DNA of 64,000 nucleotides from Sedimentisphaerales bacterium (GTDB lineage Bacteria > Planctomycetota > Phycisphaerae > Sedimentisphaerales > SM23-30): contig CAXXMR010000012.1 in assembly GCA_963663805.2 (NCBI GenBank), positions 1 to 64,000 on the forward strand, in the 5' to 3' direction. The notes under the pieces are model-generated. The model did no database searches. It saw nothing but the letters and a program-made list of their open reading frames with translations, and was not told the origin of the DNA. Positions 40,210 through 50,333 of this stretch are shown here, one piece after another. The stretch's first letter is position 1. Every line of letters begins with the position of its first letter. Position numbers and translations under genes: made by a program.

Positions 40210-40470
40210 GTCAACGGCTCACGGCAAACGGAAATTTTAGCCGCAGATTACACGAATTACGCGGATTTTTAACGGCAACGACACCTCTTACTTTCGTATG
40301 CGACTCTAATAAATTGTTACCATTTTGCGCAAGATTTCATTTGTAAAAGACTAAAACAACGAGTTTTTGGTGGTCTTATCCCGGCGCTGGCGCTTCGGGC
40401 TTTTGTTGGGGGTTTGGTTAAATATGGTTGGTGGTGTTCTTATCCGGCCGCTTACGCGGGGCGGTTTCTG
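40210..40470. repeat. REP-like cluster in inverted orientation relative to the left-hand clusters
   Basis: TATCCGGCCGCTTACGCGG at 40441, TTATCCCGGCGCTGGCG at 40377, degenerate reverse AGAG...AGTAAGAGG at 40284-40307, AACGGC motifs. Confidence 0.8.
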
Positions 40471-40551
40471 TTTGGGAGTGGATAAATGGGGCTTTACTTT
40501 GGGGGATGGCTGGGGTAGAAGTGGGGTTTGGTTTTTGGCAGAAAGGTTGAA

Positions 40552-41193
40552 ATGTTTACGGGACTGGTAGAAAGCATTGGTAAGGTTCAGGCGGCGGCGA
40601 ATACGCCGGTCGGGAAACGTCTGAAGATTCCGCTGGGCCAGCTGATTGAGGATGCCCGGCTGGGTGACAGTATATGCGTGAATGGGGTGTGTTTGACCAT
40701 TGCTGAGCTGGCGGGCGATTGCGGGGTTTTCGATGTGATGGCTGAGACGGTGCGGGTTAGTACGCTGCAAGATTTGCGAGCGGGTGACAAAGTGAATCTG
40801 GAGCGGGCATTGAAGGCGGGTGACCGGTTGGGCGGGCATATTGTTCAGGGGCATGTTGACGGGGTGGGCGTGGTGAGCAAGGTTGAGAAGATGCCGGATA
40901 AATATGTTTTGTGGATTAGCGCGGGGGCAGAACTTATGAAGCTGATGATAAGCAAAGGTTCTGTGGCGATAAACGGGGTAAGCCTGACGCTGGTGGAAGT
41001 TCGGGCGGACAGGTTTAATGTTTGGCTGATACCGACGACACTGGGTGATACGAATCTTTCAGAACTGCGGGTGGGCGATAAGGTGAATCTGGAAGCGGAT
41101 TTGATGGGCAAATGGATAAACAAGCGACTGGACGCGGTTCTGGAAGCGCGAGGCGGGCTGAATATTGAAAAACTTCGGCAGAATGGATTCTGA
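40552..41193 (+). CDS. ribE: Riboflavin synthase alpha chain
   Basis: MFTGLVE, GDSICVNGVCLT, LGGHIVQGHVD. Confidence 0.97.
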   Translation: MFTGLVESIGKVQAAANTPVGKRLKIPLGQLIEDARLGDSICVNGVCLTIAELAGDCGVFDVMAETVRVSTLQDLRAGDKVNLERALKAGDRLGGHIVQGHVDGVGVVSKVEKMPDKYVLWISAGAELMKLMISKGSVAINGVSLTLVEVRADRFNVWLIPTTLGDTNLSELRVGDKVNLEADLMGKWINKRLDAVLEARGGLNIEKLRQNGF

Positions 41194-42196
41194 TAAACCT
41201 GTTATTGGCCTAACCATGGGTGACCCGGCGGGAGTGGGTGCTGAGGTAATTGTCAAGGCGTTGGCTGACCCTCTGCTGCGTGCCAAAGCTCGTTATGTGA
41301 TTTATGGTTTGAATGAGCTGATGGCTTATGCGGCGGATATGGCTGAGGTTGAGGTTTTTTGGTGGCGTGACCAGCATGAGCGTGCGAATCGTGATTATCC
41401 GCAGGCGGTGGTGGTGGCGGATTATGATGAGATAAACTGGCTGAGCCGGCAGAGGCGTGAGCCGAGTCTTTTGGGTGGTGAGGCATCGATGCGTTTTATT
41501 AATGACGCGGTTGACGATGCTTTGGCGGGTAAGATAGACGCTATTGTTACGGCCCCGATATGCAAGGAGTCTTGGCAGATGGCGGATTATAAATTTCCGG
41601 GGCATACAGAGTTTTTGACGAATAAGTGCCGGGTAAAATATTCAGCGATGATGTTCGCGGGCGGACCTTTTCGGGTGGTTTTGGCGACGATACATGAGGG
41701 GCTTTTTGAGTTGCGGCATCGTTTCAAAATAGGGACGGTTTTTACGCCGATTGATTTGGTGAACGATGCTTTAAAAAAATGGTTTGGTATCGAAAGGCCG
41801 AAAATCGCGGTGGCGGCTTTGAATCCACACGCCAGCGAGAACGGTCAGTTCGGCGATGAGGAAAAACGGGTTATCAAGCCGGCAATTCTGATGGCTCAGG
41901 AGGCGGGAATTGACGCGGTTGGGCCCTTTCCGGCGGACACGCTTTTTCATAACGCTTTGGACGGCAGGTATGACGCGATTGTGGCGATGTACCATGACCA
42001 GGGCTTAATACCGGTTAAGACGCTGGCTTTTGATAAGGCGGTTAATGTTACAATCGGGCTGCCGATTATTCGCACGAGCGTTGACCATGGCACGGCGTTT
42101 GACATTGCGGGTAAAAATATCGCCAGTGGGGTGAATATGACCGAGGCGATAAAGCTGGCTTGTCAGATGGCGAAGATAAAGAGAAACAGTAAATAG
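41183..42196 (+). CDS. pdxA: 4-hydroxythreonine-4-phosphate dehydrogenase
   Basis: MGDPAGVG, GHTEF, LNPHA, MYHDQG, RTSVDHGTAFDIAG. Confidence 0.96.
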   Translation: MDSDKPVIGLTMGDPAGVGAEVIVKALADPLLRAKARYVIYGLNELMAYAADMAEVEVFWWRDQHERANRDYPQAVVVADYDEINWLSRQRREPSLLGGEASMRFINDAVDDALAGKIDAIVTAPICKESWQMADYKFPGHTEFLTNKCRVKYSAMMFAGGPFRVVLATIHEGLFELRHRFKIGTVFTPIDLVNDALKKWFGIERPKIAVAALNPHASENGQFGDEEKRVIKPAILMAQEAGIDAVGPFPADTLFHNALDGRYDAIVAMYHDQGLIPVKTLAFDKAVNVTIGLPIIRTSVDHGTAFDIAGKNIASGVNMTEAIKLACQMAKIKRNSK

Positions 42197-42213
42197 GTTT
42201 CGGAGAGATTTTT

Positions 42214-43080
42214 GTGCCGCATACTAAAGAGCGTCTTCAGGAATTACTGGGGGGGGCGGGTTTGCGTCCGCGTCATAAATGGGGACAGAATTTTCTTATC
42301 GACCTGAATCTGATGCGGCTGCTGGTTGACGCCGCTGGTGTTACTGAGCGTGATGTAGTGCTGGAGGTTGGTTGCGGGACGGGTTCGCTGACGAGTTTGC
42401 TGGCGGAGCGGGCCGGGGCGGTTATCGCGGTGGATATTGACCCGGACTTGTTCGCTATCGCTCAGTCTGAGCTGGCGGAGTTCGATAATGTTTCGTTTGT
42501 CAATCGTGATATTCTGCATAATAAAAACCGGCTGGACGATGAAGTTCTGGCACTATTGAGCGAGGCGCGGGAGCGGTTGGCGGGTGAGTTTTATTTAATC
42601 GCGAATTTGCCATATCAGGCGGCGTCACCGTTGATTGTTAATCTGCTGCTGGATGAGACGATTCGTCCGTCGGGTTTTTATGTAACAATTCAGGCAGAGG
42701 TTGGATTGCGGATGGCGGCGGGGCCGGGCGGTAAAGATTATGGCCTGCTGAGTATTTTGGCTCAGGCGACCGGCAAGGTGGGCATCTTGCGTAAGCTGAA
42801 ACCGCAGGCGTTCTGGCCCATGCCGCAGGTTCATTCGGCGATGGTGGCGTGGCGGCGTGATGACGAGAAAATCGCACAGGTGGGTGATATGAAGGCCTTG
42901 AAGCATACGGTAGATTTGCTGCTGCGGCATCGGCGTAAGAAAATCCGGACCTGTCTGGCTGGTGAGGTTGATAACGCCGCGGTGTTGCTAGAACAGGCGA
43001 AGATTGACCCGGACGCGCGGGGTGAAACTCTTGGTGTTTGGCAGTTTGTCGCGTTGGCGCAGCTTATTTCAGCTCGATGA
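42214..43080 (+). CDS. rsmA: 16S rRNA dimethyladenosine transferase
   Basis: GQNFLID, LEVGCGTGSLT, ANLPY; follows pdxA. Confidence 0.95.
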   Translation: MPHTKERLQELLGGAGLRPRHKWGQNFLIDLNLMRLLVDAAGVTERDVVLEVGCGTGSLTSLLAERAGAVIAVDIDPDLFAIAQSELAEFDNVSFVNRDILHNKNRLDDEVLALLSEARERLAGEFYLIANLPYQAASPLIVNLLLDETIRPSGFYVTIQAEVGLRMAAGPGGKDYGLLSILAQATGKVGILRKLKPQAFWPMPQVHSAMVAWRRDDEKIAQVGDMKALKHTVDLLLRHRRKKIRTCLAGEVDNAAVLLEQAKIDPDARGETLGVWQFVALAQLISAR

Positions 43081-43558
43081 TTTCGTAGCTTAGGTCGGCG
43101 AGGTTGACGATGGCGATATGGGCTTTGCCGGTTAGCCAGGTGGTGGATTCGCCGGGGTTGATAATCAAAGTACCGTGAGCGTGGCGGATGTCCTGTTTGT
43201 GGGTGTGGCCGTAGATGATGAGGTCGTAGGCGGAGCTTTCGGCGAGCTCGTCGATATTGTGCTGGGTGTGGGTCATGTAGATGCGTTTTTCGTTAATGAC
43301 GGTTTTGATACAGAAGTCGTGTATTTCGCCGCCGAAGCCTTGAATCATTTTTTTGAGGCCGATCTTTTCGCCGTCGTTATTGCCGAAAGTCGCGATGAAC
43401 TTGGCATCTTCGGCTTTCTGGAAAGTTTTGGCGGCGAAGGGCGAGCACATATCGCCGGCATGGAAGATGTAGGCAACCTGCTGTTGGTTGAAGATGTCGA
43501 TGGCTTTATCGATATTGGCGGGGTGGTCGTGTGAGTCGGTAATGATTCCTATTTTCAT
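43064..43558 (-). CDS. YfcE/MJ0936-like metallophosphoesterase
   Basis: DSHD, HAGD, GNND, GHTH, INPG. Confidence 0.92.
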   Translation of the reverse strand: MKIGIITDSHDHPANIDKAIDIFNQQQVAYIFHAGDMCSPFAAKTFQKAEDAKFIATFGNNDGEKIGLKKMIQGFGGEIHDFCIKTVINEKRIYMTHTQHNIDELAESSAYDLIIYGHTHKQDIRHAHGTLIINPGESTTWLTGKAHIAIVNLADLSYEIIELK

Positions 43559-43583
43559 GGTTTTCTCTCCGATTTAGTTTGTT

Positions 43584-45131
43584 TTAGAGGCTTTCTACTG
43601 CTTTGGGGCTGACGGGTCTGCGGGTTAGGTACCATTCGCGGCCGTCACGTTCGATAAGTTCATCTCCGGCGGCTGGTCCCCATGAACCGGCGGGATAGCT
43701 GGGCAGCGGTTTGGAATTGTTTTGATTGCAGCATTGGAGTACCGGTGCGAAAAATTCCCAGGCGGTTTCAACTTCGTCGCTGCGGGTGAAGAGGGTGGCA
43801 TCTCCCTCGGCGGCTTCGAGTATCAGCCTTTCGTATGCTTCGGGCGGTTTGTCGCCGAAAGCGTCGGCGTAGCCAAAGTTCATTGTCAGTGGTTGGATGT
43901 CGTCAGCAGCGCCGGGGACTTTGACCTGGAACCGCAGGGACATGCCTTCATTGGGCTGGATACGTAAAGTAAGCACGTTAGGCGGCAGGGGCGAAGCAGG
44001 GGCGTCGGGCAGGTTGAACAGGACGTGAGGTACGGATTTGAAATGGATGCCGATTTCGGTAACGCGGGCAGGCAAAGTTTTGCCGGTGCGGAGATAAAAG
44101 GGTACTTCGGACCAGCGCCAGTTGTCTATGAACATTTTAATTGCCGCGAAGGTTTCGGTTTTTGAATCATTGGGTACGTCTTCGAGTTCGAGATAGCCGG
44201 GAACGTGATGGCCTTTGACTTTGCCGGCGGAGTATTGGGCGCGAATGAGGCTGCTGTCGACGGATTCTGGAGTAAGGGGCTGGAGGGATCGCAGTACCTG
44301 GACTTTTTCGTCACGGATGGCATCGGCCTTTAGAGAGTGTGGGGGCTCCATGGCGACGAGGCAGAGCAGGTGCATCATGTGGTTCTGGAGCATATCGCGG
44401 AGTGCGCCTGATTGGTCATAATATGAACCGCGACCGGCGACATCGACCGTTTCGGCGACGGTAATCTGGACATGGTCGATGTATTTATTGTTCCAGATTG
44501 GTTCAAAGATACTGTTGGCGAAACGAAAGACCAGAAGATTCTGTACGGTTTCTTTGCCGAGATAATGGTCGATGCGGAAAATCTGTTCTTCGCGGAATGC
44601 TCGGCGGATGTGCTGATTCAGTTCCTGAGCGGAGGCGAGGTCGCGTCCGAAAGGTTTTTCGATAATGATACGAGCGAAACCGTTTTGCGGGGGTTTGCTA
44701 AGGCCGCTGTCGGCGAGGCCCTGGATTATGGGTACGAAAACACTAGGCGGGGTGGAGAGGTAGAACAGGACATTGGCTGAACCGCTACTGTGGATACGTT
44801 GGGCGAGTTGGGCGAAGTTGTCAGGTGAATCGTATTGGCCGGGGCAATAGCTGATGCAGTCAATAAATTTTTTCCAGGCGGGATTTTCGCTGGAGCAATC
44901 GGGGCAATGTTCGGTCAGCGACTCGGTCAAGCGAGTGCGGAACTGCTGGTCGGTCATTTCGCTGCGGGCATAACCAATCAGACGAAAGCCTGGGGGAAGA
45001 AGGTTCTGTCTAAAGAGGCTAAAAACAGCGGGTATTAGTTTTCGCTGGGTGAGGTCGCCGGAGGCACCGAAAATTACCAGAGTATAATCCGGGGCTGGGT
45101 TATTAACATTACTATGTGATATTTCAGCCAT
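43584..45131 (-). CDS. zwf: Glucose-6-phosphate dehydrogenase
   Basis: GASGDL, IEKPFG, RIDHYLGKE. Confidence 0.98.
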   Translation of the reverse strand: MAEISHSNVNNPAPDYTLVIFGASGDLTQRKLIPAVFSLFRQNLLPPGFRLIGYARSEMTDQQFRTRLTESLTEHCPDCSSENPAWKKFIDCISYCPGQYDSPDNFAQLAQRIHSSGSANVLFYLSTPPSVFVPIIQGLADSGLSKPPQNGFARIIIEKPFGRDLASAQELNQHIRRAFREEQIFRIDHYLGKETVQNLLVFRFANSIFEPIWNNKYIDHVQITVAETVDVAGRGSYYDQSGALRDMLQNHMMHLLCLVAMEPPHSLKADAIRDEKVQVLRSLQPLTPESVDSSLIRAQYSAGKVKGHHVPGYLELEDVPNDSKTETFAAIKMFIDNWRWSEVPFYLRTGKTLPARVTEIGIHFKSVPHVLFNLPDAPASPLPPNVLTLRIQPNEGMSLRFQVKVPGAADDIQPLTMNFGYADAFGDKPPEAYERLILEAAEGDATLFTRSDEVETAWEFFAPVLQCCNQNNSKPLPSYPAGSWGPAAGDELIERDGREWYLTRRPVSPKAVESL

Positions 45132-45378
45132 CAAACATTCTCCGCGAGGTAAGGGCCTTTTGATGTTACTTACGGAATCATTTTATACGAGATTCGGGGT
45201 TTAGGCTAGATTTTATGTTTTGGGTCTACATTTAATGTTGAGCATAGCGATTGGTCGGCCCAAAAGATGCGGTCAATGTGCCCATAAATTCTGACATGAG
45301 TTGACATTAGCGAGGATAGGATTTATTATTGAAAAGACTTTTTGTGTTTCGTAGGTTGTTTAGCGAAAGGTAATTATC

Positions 45379-46407
45379 GTGAATAAAAAGTTGGTCGCTG
45401 TGGTTATGGTTTGCCTGTTTGGGATGGTGGTTAATGCTGACACGGTTGTTTTTAAGAATGGTGACAAGCTTAGCGGTAAAATCGTGAGCATAAGCGGGGG
45501 CAAACTGGTAATAAAGACCGAGGTCGCCGGGGAGGTTAAGGTTGATTTTGGGAAAGTGTCGAGTTTTGAAACGGCTGAACCGGGTAAGTTCAATCTGAAT
45601 GATGGGACAACCATCAACAGCACCGCTTCTCAGGGCAGTGCGGGCGAGATTAAGCTTGAAGGCACTGAGATTATGTCGGGCGGTGTGGTTAGTCTGGGTT
45701 CGATTAAATCTTTGAATCCGCCGGTGGTGCCGGAGGTGGTTTGGAAGGGTAATGTTGGTATCGGTCTGAGCAGTACTCATGGTAATACTTTTTCGGAGAG
45801 AGGCAGTGTTTCGGTTAATCTGAATCGGCGTAGTCAAAAGCACCGCAGCAAACTGGGCGGGCTTTATCAGATTGGCCGGAACAAAGATGCCGACGGCAAA
45901 AAAATGACTACCGAGGAGAGCCTTACTCTCGATGCCAAACATGATTATTTTATAAGCGAAAAAGTTTATTCTTATATAAACGGCAGATTCAAGAAGGACC
46001 ATATCGCTGATTTGGATTATCGTATTATCGCGGGGATGGGTTTGGGGTATCAATGGCTGGACCAGGACAATATGCATTTTTCCACAGATGTCGGTTTAGC
46101 GGAGCTTTGTGAGCAGTATACTACCGGGGGCGAAAAAACGCGTGAAAGTGAGCTTTCGCTGGCGCTTGGTTATGACTATGACTGGCAGATAACCGAGAAA
46201 CTGCTGTTTGTCCATAATCTGGATTATTATCCAAGTTTTGATGATTTCGCGGATTATTTCTTGCACATCGATGGCGAACTGAAATATAAAATTTCCGGTT
46301 CGATGTTTACCAGTCTCAAGGCTATTCTCGATTACGATACCAGTCCGGGCGAAAGTGTGGGCAGAACTGACACCAAATATGTTATGAATGTGGGTTGGGA
46401 GTTTTGA
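45379..46407 (+). CDS. DUF481-like outer-membrane beta-barrel protein
   Basis: Signal peptide, DTVVFKNGDKLSG, alternating beta strands, C-terminal GWEF. Confidence 0.8.
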   Translation: MNKKLVAVVMVCLFGMVVNADTVVFKNGDKLSGKIVSISGGKLVIKTEVAGEVKVDFGKVSSFETAEPGKFNLNDGTTINSTASQGSAGEIKLEGTEIMSGGVVSLGSIKSLNPPVVPEVVWKGNVGIGLSSTHGNTFSERGSVSVNLNRRSQKHRSKLGGLYQIGRNKDADGKKMTTEESLTLDAKHDYFISEKVYSYINGRFKKDHIADLDYRIIAGMGLGYQWLDQDNMHFSTDVGLAELCEQYTTGGEKTRESELSLALGYDYDWQITEKLLFVHNLDYYPSFDDFADYFLHIDGELKYKISGSMFTSLKAILDYDTSPGESVGRTDTKYVMNVGWEF

Positions 46408-46460
46408 CCGTAGCGGATTTGGCTTGTGATGTGGTTGTTTACGAAGGTTCCAGGTTAAAA

Positions 46461-49043
46461 ATGGTGTTTAGATTGAGATTTTCGCTGCTGGTTGCTTGTG
46501 CGGGCCTGGCGGCGGGTCTGTTCTTCATACTATTGGCCCTTATACTTGGCGTTGAGCTTCCGTTGTCTGTAATCGCGGCGATTTTGATTGTGATAATAAG
46601 CGGTTCCGGGGCAGCTTTTGTCGCGGCGGGCAAATTCGAGCATCTTCTTCAATCATTTCCCCGGTCTGGCAGTGAATCCCCGGCGGAAGTAAAAATGCCT
46701 GAAGCTTCGAGCAAGAATGAGTCGCCGTCGGATGCCGCAGATGCGGGTTTTTTTTCACTGGAGAGTCGGCAGGATCTGATGAGAGAGTTGTTGGATGCTA
46801 CTTCGGATTTGATCAGTTTTACCGATAGCGAAGGGAAAATTGTTTATATAAACCCGGCTGGCAGAGATATGCTGGGTTTTGGCCGGGAGGATGATTTAGG
46901 CGAGATAGAGATTTCTACTCTTCATCCTGCCTGGGCCTGGGAGATTCTCAGCAAAGAGGGTTTGCGTGAATCTAAAGAGAAAGGAGTCTGGCGGGGTGAA
47001 ACGGCCATTCTACACTCTGACGGCAAAGAGATACCTATATCTCAGGTGGTGATGTGTCATCGTGACGGGAATGGAGAAGTAGAAAAATACTCGACGATTA
47101 TTCGGGATATTTCCGAGCATAAAAAAGCTCAACAGAATATGAGTGAGCGTATCGAATCTTTGACTTTGCCCTTGAATGAAGTTGAGAATCTTCGTTTTGA
47201 GGATTTGTTTGATATGGAGCAAATCCAGAAGATTCAGGATGCTTTTGCTTTGGCGACAGGTGTCGCTTCGATAATCACCGACCCGCAAGGCCGACCTTTG
47301 ACCACTCCGAGTAATTTCTGTCGGCTGTGTAATGATATAATTCGCAAAACGGAAAAGGGGTTGGCAAACTGTATGCACTCGGACGCGATGTTGGGAAAGT
47401 TGAATCCTGATGGTCCGGTGATGAGTTCTTGTCTGAGCGGGGGGCTTTGGGATGGCGGAGCGGGCATTAGTGTTGGCAATCAGCACATAGCCAACTGGCT
47501 AATCGGGCAGGTTCGTAATGAACATCAGAATGACGAGCAGATGATGTGTTATGCCCGCGAGATAGGTGCCGACAAAGAAGAATTCGCTAAAGCTCTAGCT
47601 GAAGTAAATACGATGACCACTGAGCAGTTTGCCAAAGTATGTGACGCTTTGTTTCTGGTGGCGAATCAGCTTTCGGAACTGGCGTATAAGAATGTTCAGC
47701 AGGCCCGGGCGATTAACGATTTGGAAACAGCCGAAGATGCTTTGCGGCTGGATGAAATGCGGCTGGAGGCTTTGGTAAAGTTAGCGGAGATGACGGATGC
47801 TTCGGTGACCGAGCTTTGTGATTTTGCTTTGGAGCAAGCGGTAAACCTGACCAGTAGCGAGGTTGGCTATCTGGCTTTTTTGAGTCCGGACGAAAAGAAT
47901 CTTACTATGCATTCCTGGTCCGGTCAGGTGATGGAACAGTGCAAAGTGGCTGATTATGCCAGGGATTATGTAGTTGAGCATACCGGGCTTTGGTCTGAAG
48001 TGGTTCGCGGCCGTCAGCCGGTGATAAACAATGACTATCAGCCCCGGTACACCGAAGGAAAAGGCTATCCGAAAGGACATATTAGTATTTTCAGGCATAT
48101 GTGTGTGCCGGTTTTTGATGAAAACAAAATAGTCGCTTTGGTTGGTGTAGGCAACAAAGTTGATGATTATGATTTGTCCGATGTGCGTCAACTAACTTTG
48201 CTGATGGATGGGATGTGGCGGATTCTGCATCGCTGGGACGTTAAGGCGGAACGGGAAAAGCTCTTGAAAACGCTGGCGAATAAAAACGAGGAGCTGGAAA
48301 GCATTGTTTATGTGTCCAGTCACGACCTTCGTTCGCCGCTGGTGAATATTCAGGGCTTCAGTCGCGAGCTGGGCCGATGCTGTAAGGAATTTGAAACAAT
48401 AGTCAATTCTGCAAAGGTGTCGGATGAACAGCGAGAGAATCTTAATGTTATTCTTAACGACGAAATCCCAGAGTCACTCAGTTATATTGAGGCAAGTGTT
48501 GCCAAAATGGATATGCTGTTGAGTGGCCTGCTGCATTTGTCGCGGGTGGGTCGTGTGCAACTGGACATAAAATCGTTGGACATGAACCAGATTGTGCAGG
48601 AAGTTACCGACGCGATGCATTTTCAGATTGATGAATGTGGTGCGGAGATTGTCATGGACGAACTAGCTCCGTGTCTAGGGGATTGGGGACAGACCAGCCA
48701 GGTGTTCAGCAACCTCCTGGATAACGCGCTGAAATATCGACACCCAGAGCGTGTACCCTCGGTTGTAATAAGCTCACACTCTGAAAACAGCAAAACTATT
48801 TATTGTGTAGCGGATAATGGGATTGGGATTGAATCCCGTCATCAGGAAAAGATATTCGAGGTGTTTCACCGCCTGAATCCGCGTGGTGACGTTGCCGGCG
48901 AAGGTGTTGGTCTGGCGGTGGTCAAGCGGGTCATAGAAAGACAAAATGGCCGGGTCTGGGTGGAGTCGCAGGCGGGACAGGGAAGTGTTTTTTATATTGA
49001 ACTTCCCAATCAAGACTCCGGCGAAGTATTTGCCAAAACATAA
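46461..49043 (+). CDS. Membrane sensor histidine kinase (PAS-PocR-GAF-HisKA-HATPase)
   Basis: Two TM helices; QDAFALATG...FCRLC...C PocR pattern; SHDLRSPL; NLLDNALKY, DNGIG, GVGL. Confidence 0.9.
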   Translation: MVFRLRFSLLVACAGLAAGLFFILLALILGVELPLSVIAAILIVIISGSGAAFVAAGKFEHLLQSFPRSGSESPAEVKMPEASSKNESPSDAADAGFFSLESRQDLMRELLDATSDLISFTDSEGKIVYINPAGRDMLGFGREDDLGEIEISTLHPAWAWEILSKEGLRESKEKGVWRGETAILHSDGKEIPISQVVMCHRDGNGEVEKYSTIIRDISEHKKAQQNMSERIESLTLPLNEVENLRFEDLFDMEQIQKIQDAFALATGVASIITDPQGRPLTTPSNFCRLCNDIIRKTEKGLANCMHSDAMLGKLNPDGPVMSSCLSGGLWDGGAGISVGNQHIANWLIGQVRNEHQNDEQMMCYAREIGADKEEFAKALAEVNTMTTEQFAKVCDALFLVANQLSELAYKNVQQARAINDLETAEDALRLDEMRLEALVKLAEMTDASVTELCDFALEQAVNLTSSEVGYLAFLSPDEKNLTMHSWSGQVMEQCKVADYARDYVVEHTGLWSEVVRGRQPVINNDYQPRYTEGKGYPKGHISIFRHMCVPVFDENKIVALVGVGNKVDDYDLSDVRQLTLLMDGMWRILHRWDVKAEREKLLKTLANKNEELESIVYVSSHDLRSPLVNIQGFSRELGRCCKEFETIVNSAKVSDEQRENLNVILNDEIPESLSYIEASVAKMDMLLSGLLHLSRVGRVQLDIKSLDMNQIVQEVTDAMHFQIDECGAEIVMDELAPCLGDWGQTSQVFSNLLDNALKYRHPERVPSVVISSHSENSKTIYCVADNGIGIESRHQEKIFEVFHRLNPRGDVAGEGVGLAVVKRVIERQNGRVWVESQAGQGSVFYIELPNQDSGEVFAKT

Positions 49044-49149
49044 TATCCTCATTCTGCCGTTTTTTTCTTTCCAACAGGCCTTGTTTTCGCCATAATTTTG
49101 CAAGTACAAATTGATTAAACCGGTTTTTATGTCAGAAAAGGATATTGTT

Positions 49150-50190
49150 ATGAATGTCAGCGTTAAACATTTTGGGGAGTATCAGGGGCAGAAGGTGAAA
49201 CTTTATTCACTGGTGAATGATTCGGGAATGCAGGCTGATATTATGACTTATGGGGGCATTTTAGTGAATTTGCTGGTGCCGGACCGGGATGGTAATTGTG
49301 CGGATATTACTCTTGGTTTCAAAACTTTCGATGAGTATTTGCAGGACGGTGTGCCTTATTTTGGCGCTTTGGTAGGTCGGTTGGCCAATCGTCTGGACCA
49401 GGGTAAGTTCCAGCTGGACGGCCAGGCTTATCAGTTGCACACAAATAACGGGGCTCATCATCTGCACGGCGGAAAAGTCGGTTTTGATAAAGTGATTTGG
49501 ATCGCTGAAGCGATTGAACAACCCCAGGCGGTGGGGGTGAGATTGAAATACCACAGTCCGGCAGGTGAGGAAAATTTCCCCGGTAATCTGGACTGTACGG
49601 TGGAATATATTTTGAACGACAAAAATGAACTGTCGATTACCTATCACGCCCAGACCGACGCTGCCACTCCGGTGAATCTGACTCAGCACAGCTATTATAA
49701 TCTGGCCGGCGAAAGCTCTGGAAATATCCTGGGACATGAACTCACTCTAAATGCTGATAATTATACCCCGGTTGACGATACGCTGATTCCTACCGGTCAA
49801 CTGGCAGTGGTTGCTGATACTCCATTGGATTTCCGTAAACCCAAATTGATTGGTGCGGAAATTAGTCAGGTGCCCGGCGGCTATGACCATAATTTTGTGC
49901 TTAACGAAGGTAATGAAGGTTTGAATTTTGCCGCTCGTTTGTGCGAGCCCGCCTCTGGCAGAGTTATGGAAGTATTTACGACCGAGCCGGGGATACAGTT
50001 TTATGCCGGTAATTTTCTGGACGGCACGCTTCTCGGCAAGGGTGGGATTGCCTACCAAAAGCAAGGCGGATTGTGTCTGGAGACCCAGCATTATCCGGAC
50101 TCTCCGAACAAACCACAGTTTCCCTCGGTGATTTTACGCCCCGGCCAAAACTACTATCATCACACAGTTCACCGTTTTTCTCGGGCCTGA
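49150..50190 (+). CDS. galM: Aldose 1-epimerase
   Basis: GRLANR, HLHGG, NLTQHSYYNL, YDHNF, CLETQ. Confidence 0.96.
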   Translation: MNVSVKHFGEYQGQKVKLYSLVNDSGMQADIMTYGGILVNLLVPDRDGNCADITLGFKTFDEYLQDGVPYFGALVGRLANRLDQGKFQLDGQAYQLHTNNGAHHLHGGKVGFDKVIWIAEAIEQPQAVGVRLKYHSPAGEENFPGNLDCTVEYILNDKNELSITYHAQTDAATPVNLTQHSYYNLAGESSGNILGHELTLNADNYTPVDDTLIPTGQLAVVADTPLDFRKPKLIGAEISQVPGGYDHNFVLNEGNEGLNFAARLCEPASGRVMEVFTTEPGIQFYAGNFLDGTLLGKGGIAYQKQGGLCLETQHYPDSPNKPQFPSVILRPGQNYYHHTVHRFSRA

Positions 50191-50199
50191 GAATAACTC

Positions 50200-50227
50200 T
50201 AAAGCGCTATCTCCTGTAAGTCGATAT
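50200..50227 (+). promoter_or_regulatory. Candidate sigma28/FliA-type promoter
   Basis: TAAA-N16-GTCGATAT, one mismatch to GCCGATAT, upstream of the hybrid kinase. Confidence 0.35.
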
Positions 50228-50333
50228 GCTAATCAGGGACGCTGTGTTAGCGGTGTCCTGATAAGTAAACATAGTGACGCCGTTTATCGGACGAATCAAT
50301 ATTGATTTGCTGATAGGGCAGGGGTTAGGGCCT

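Noticed and set aside
40478..40486. DnaA box
   Set aside because: A single imperfect match, not clustered
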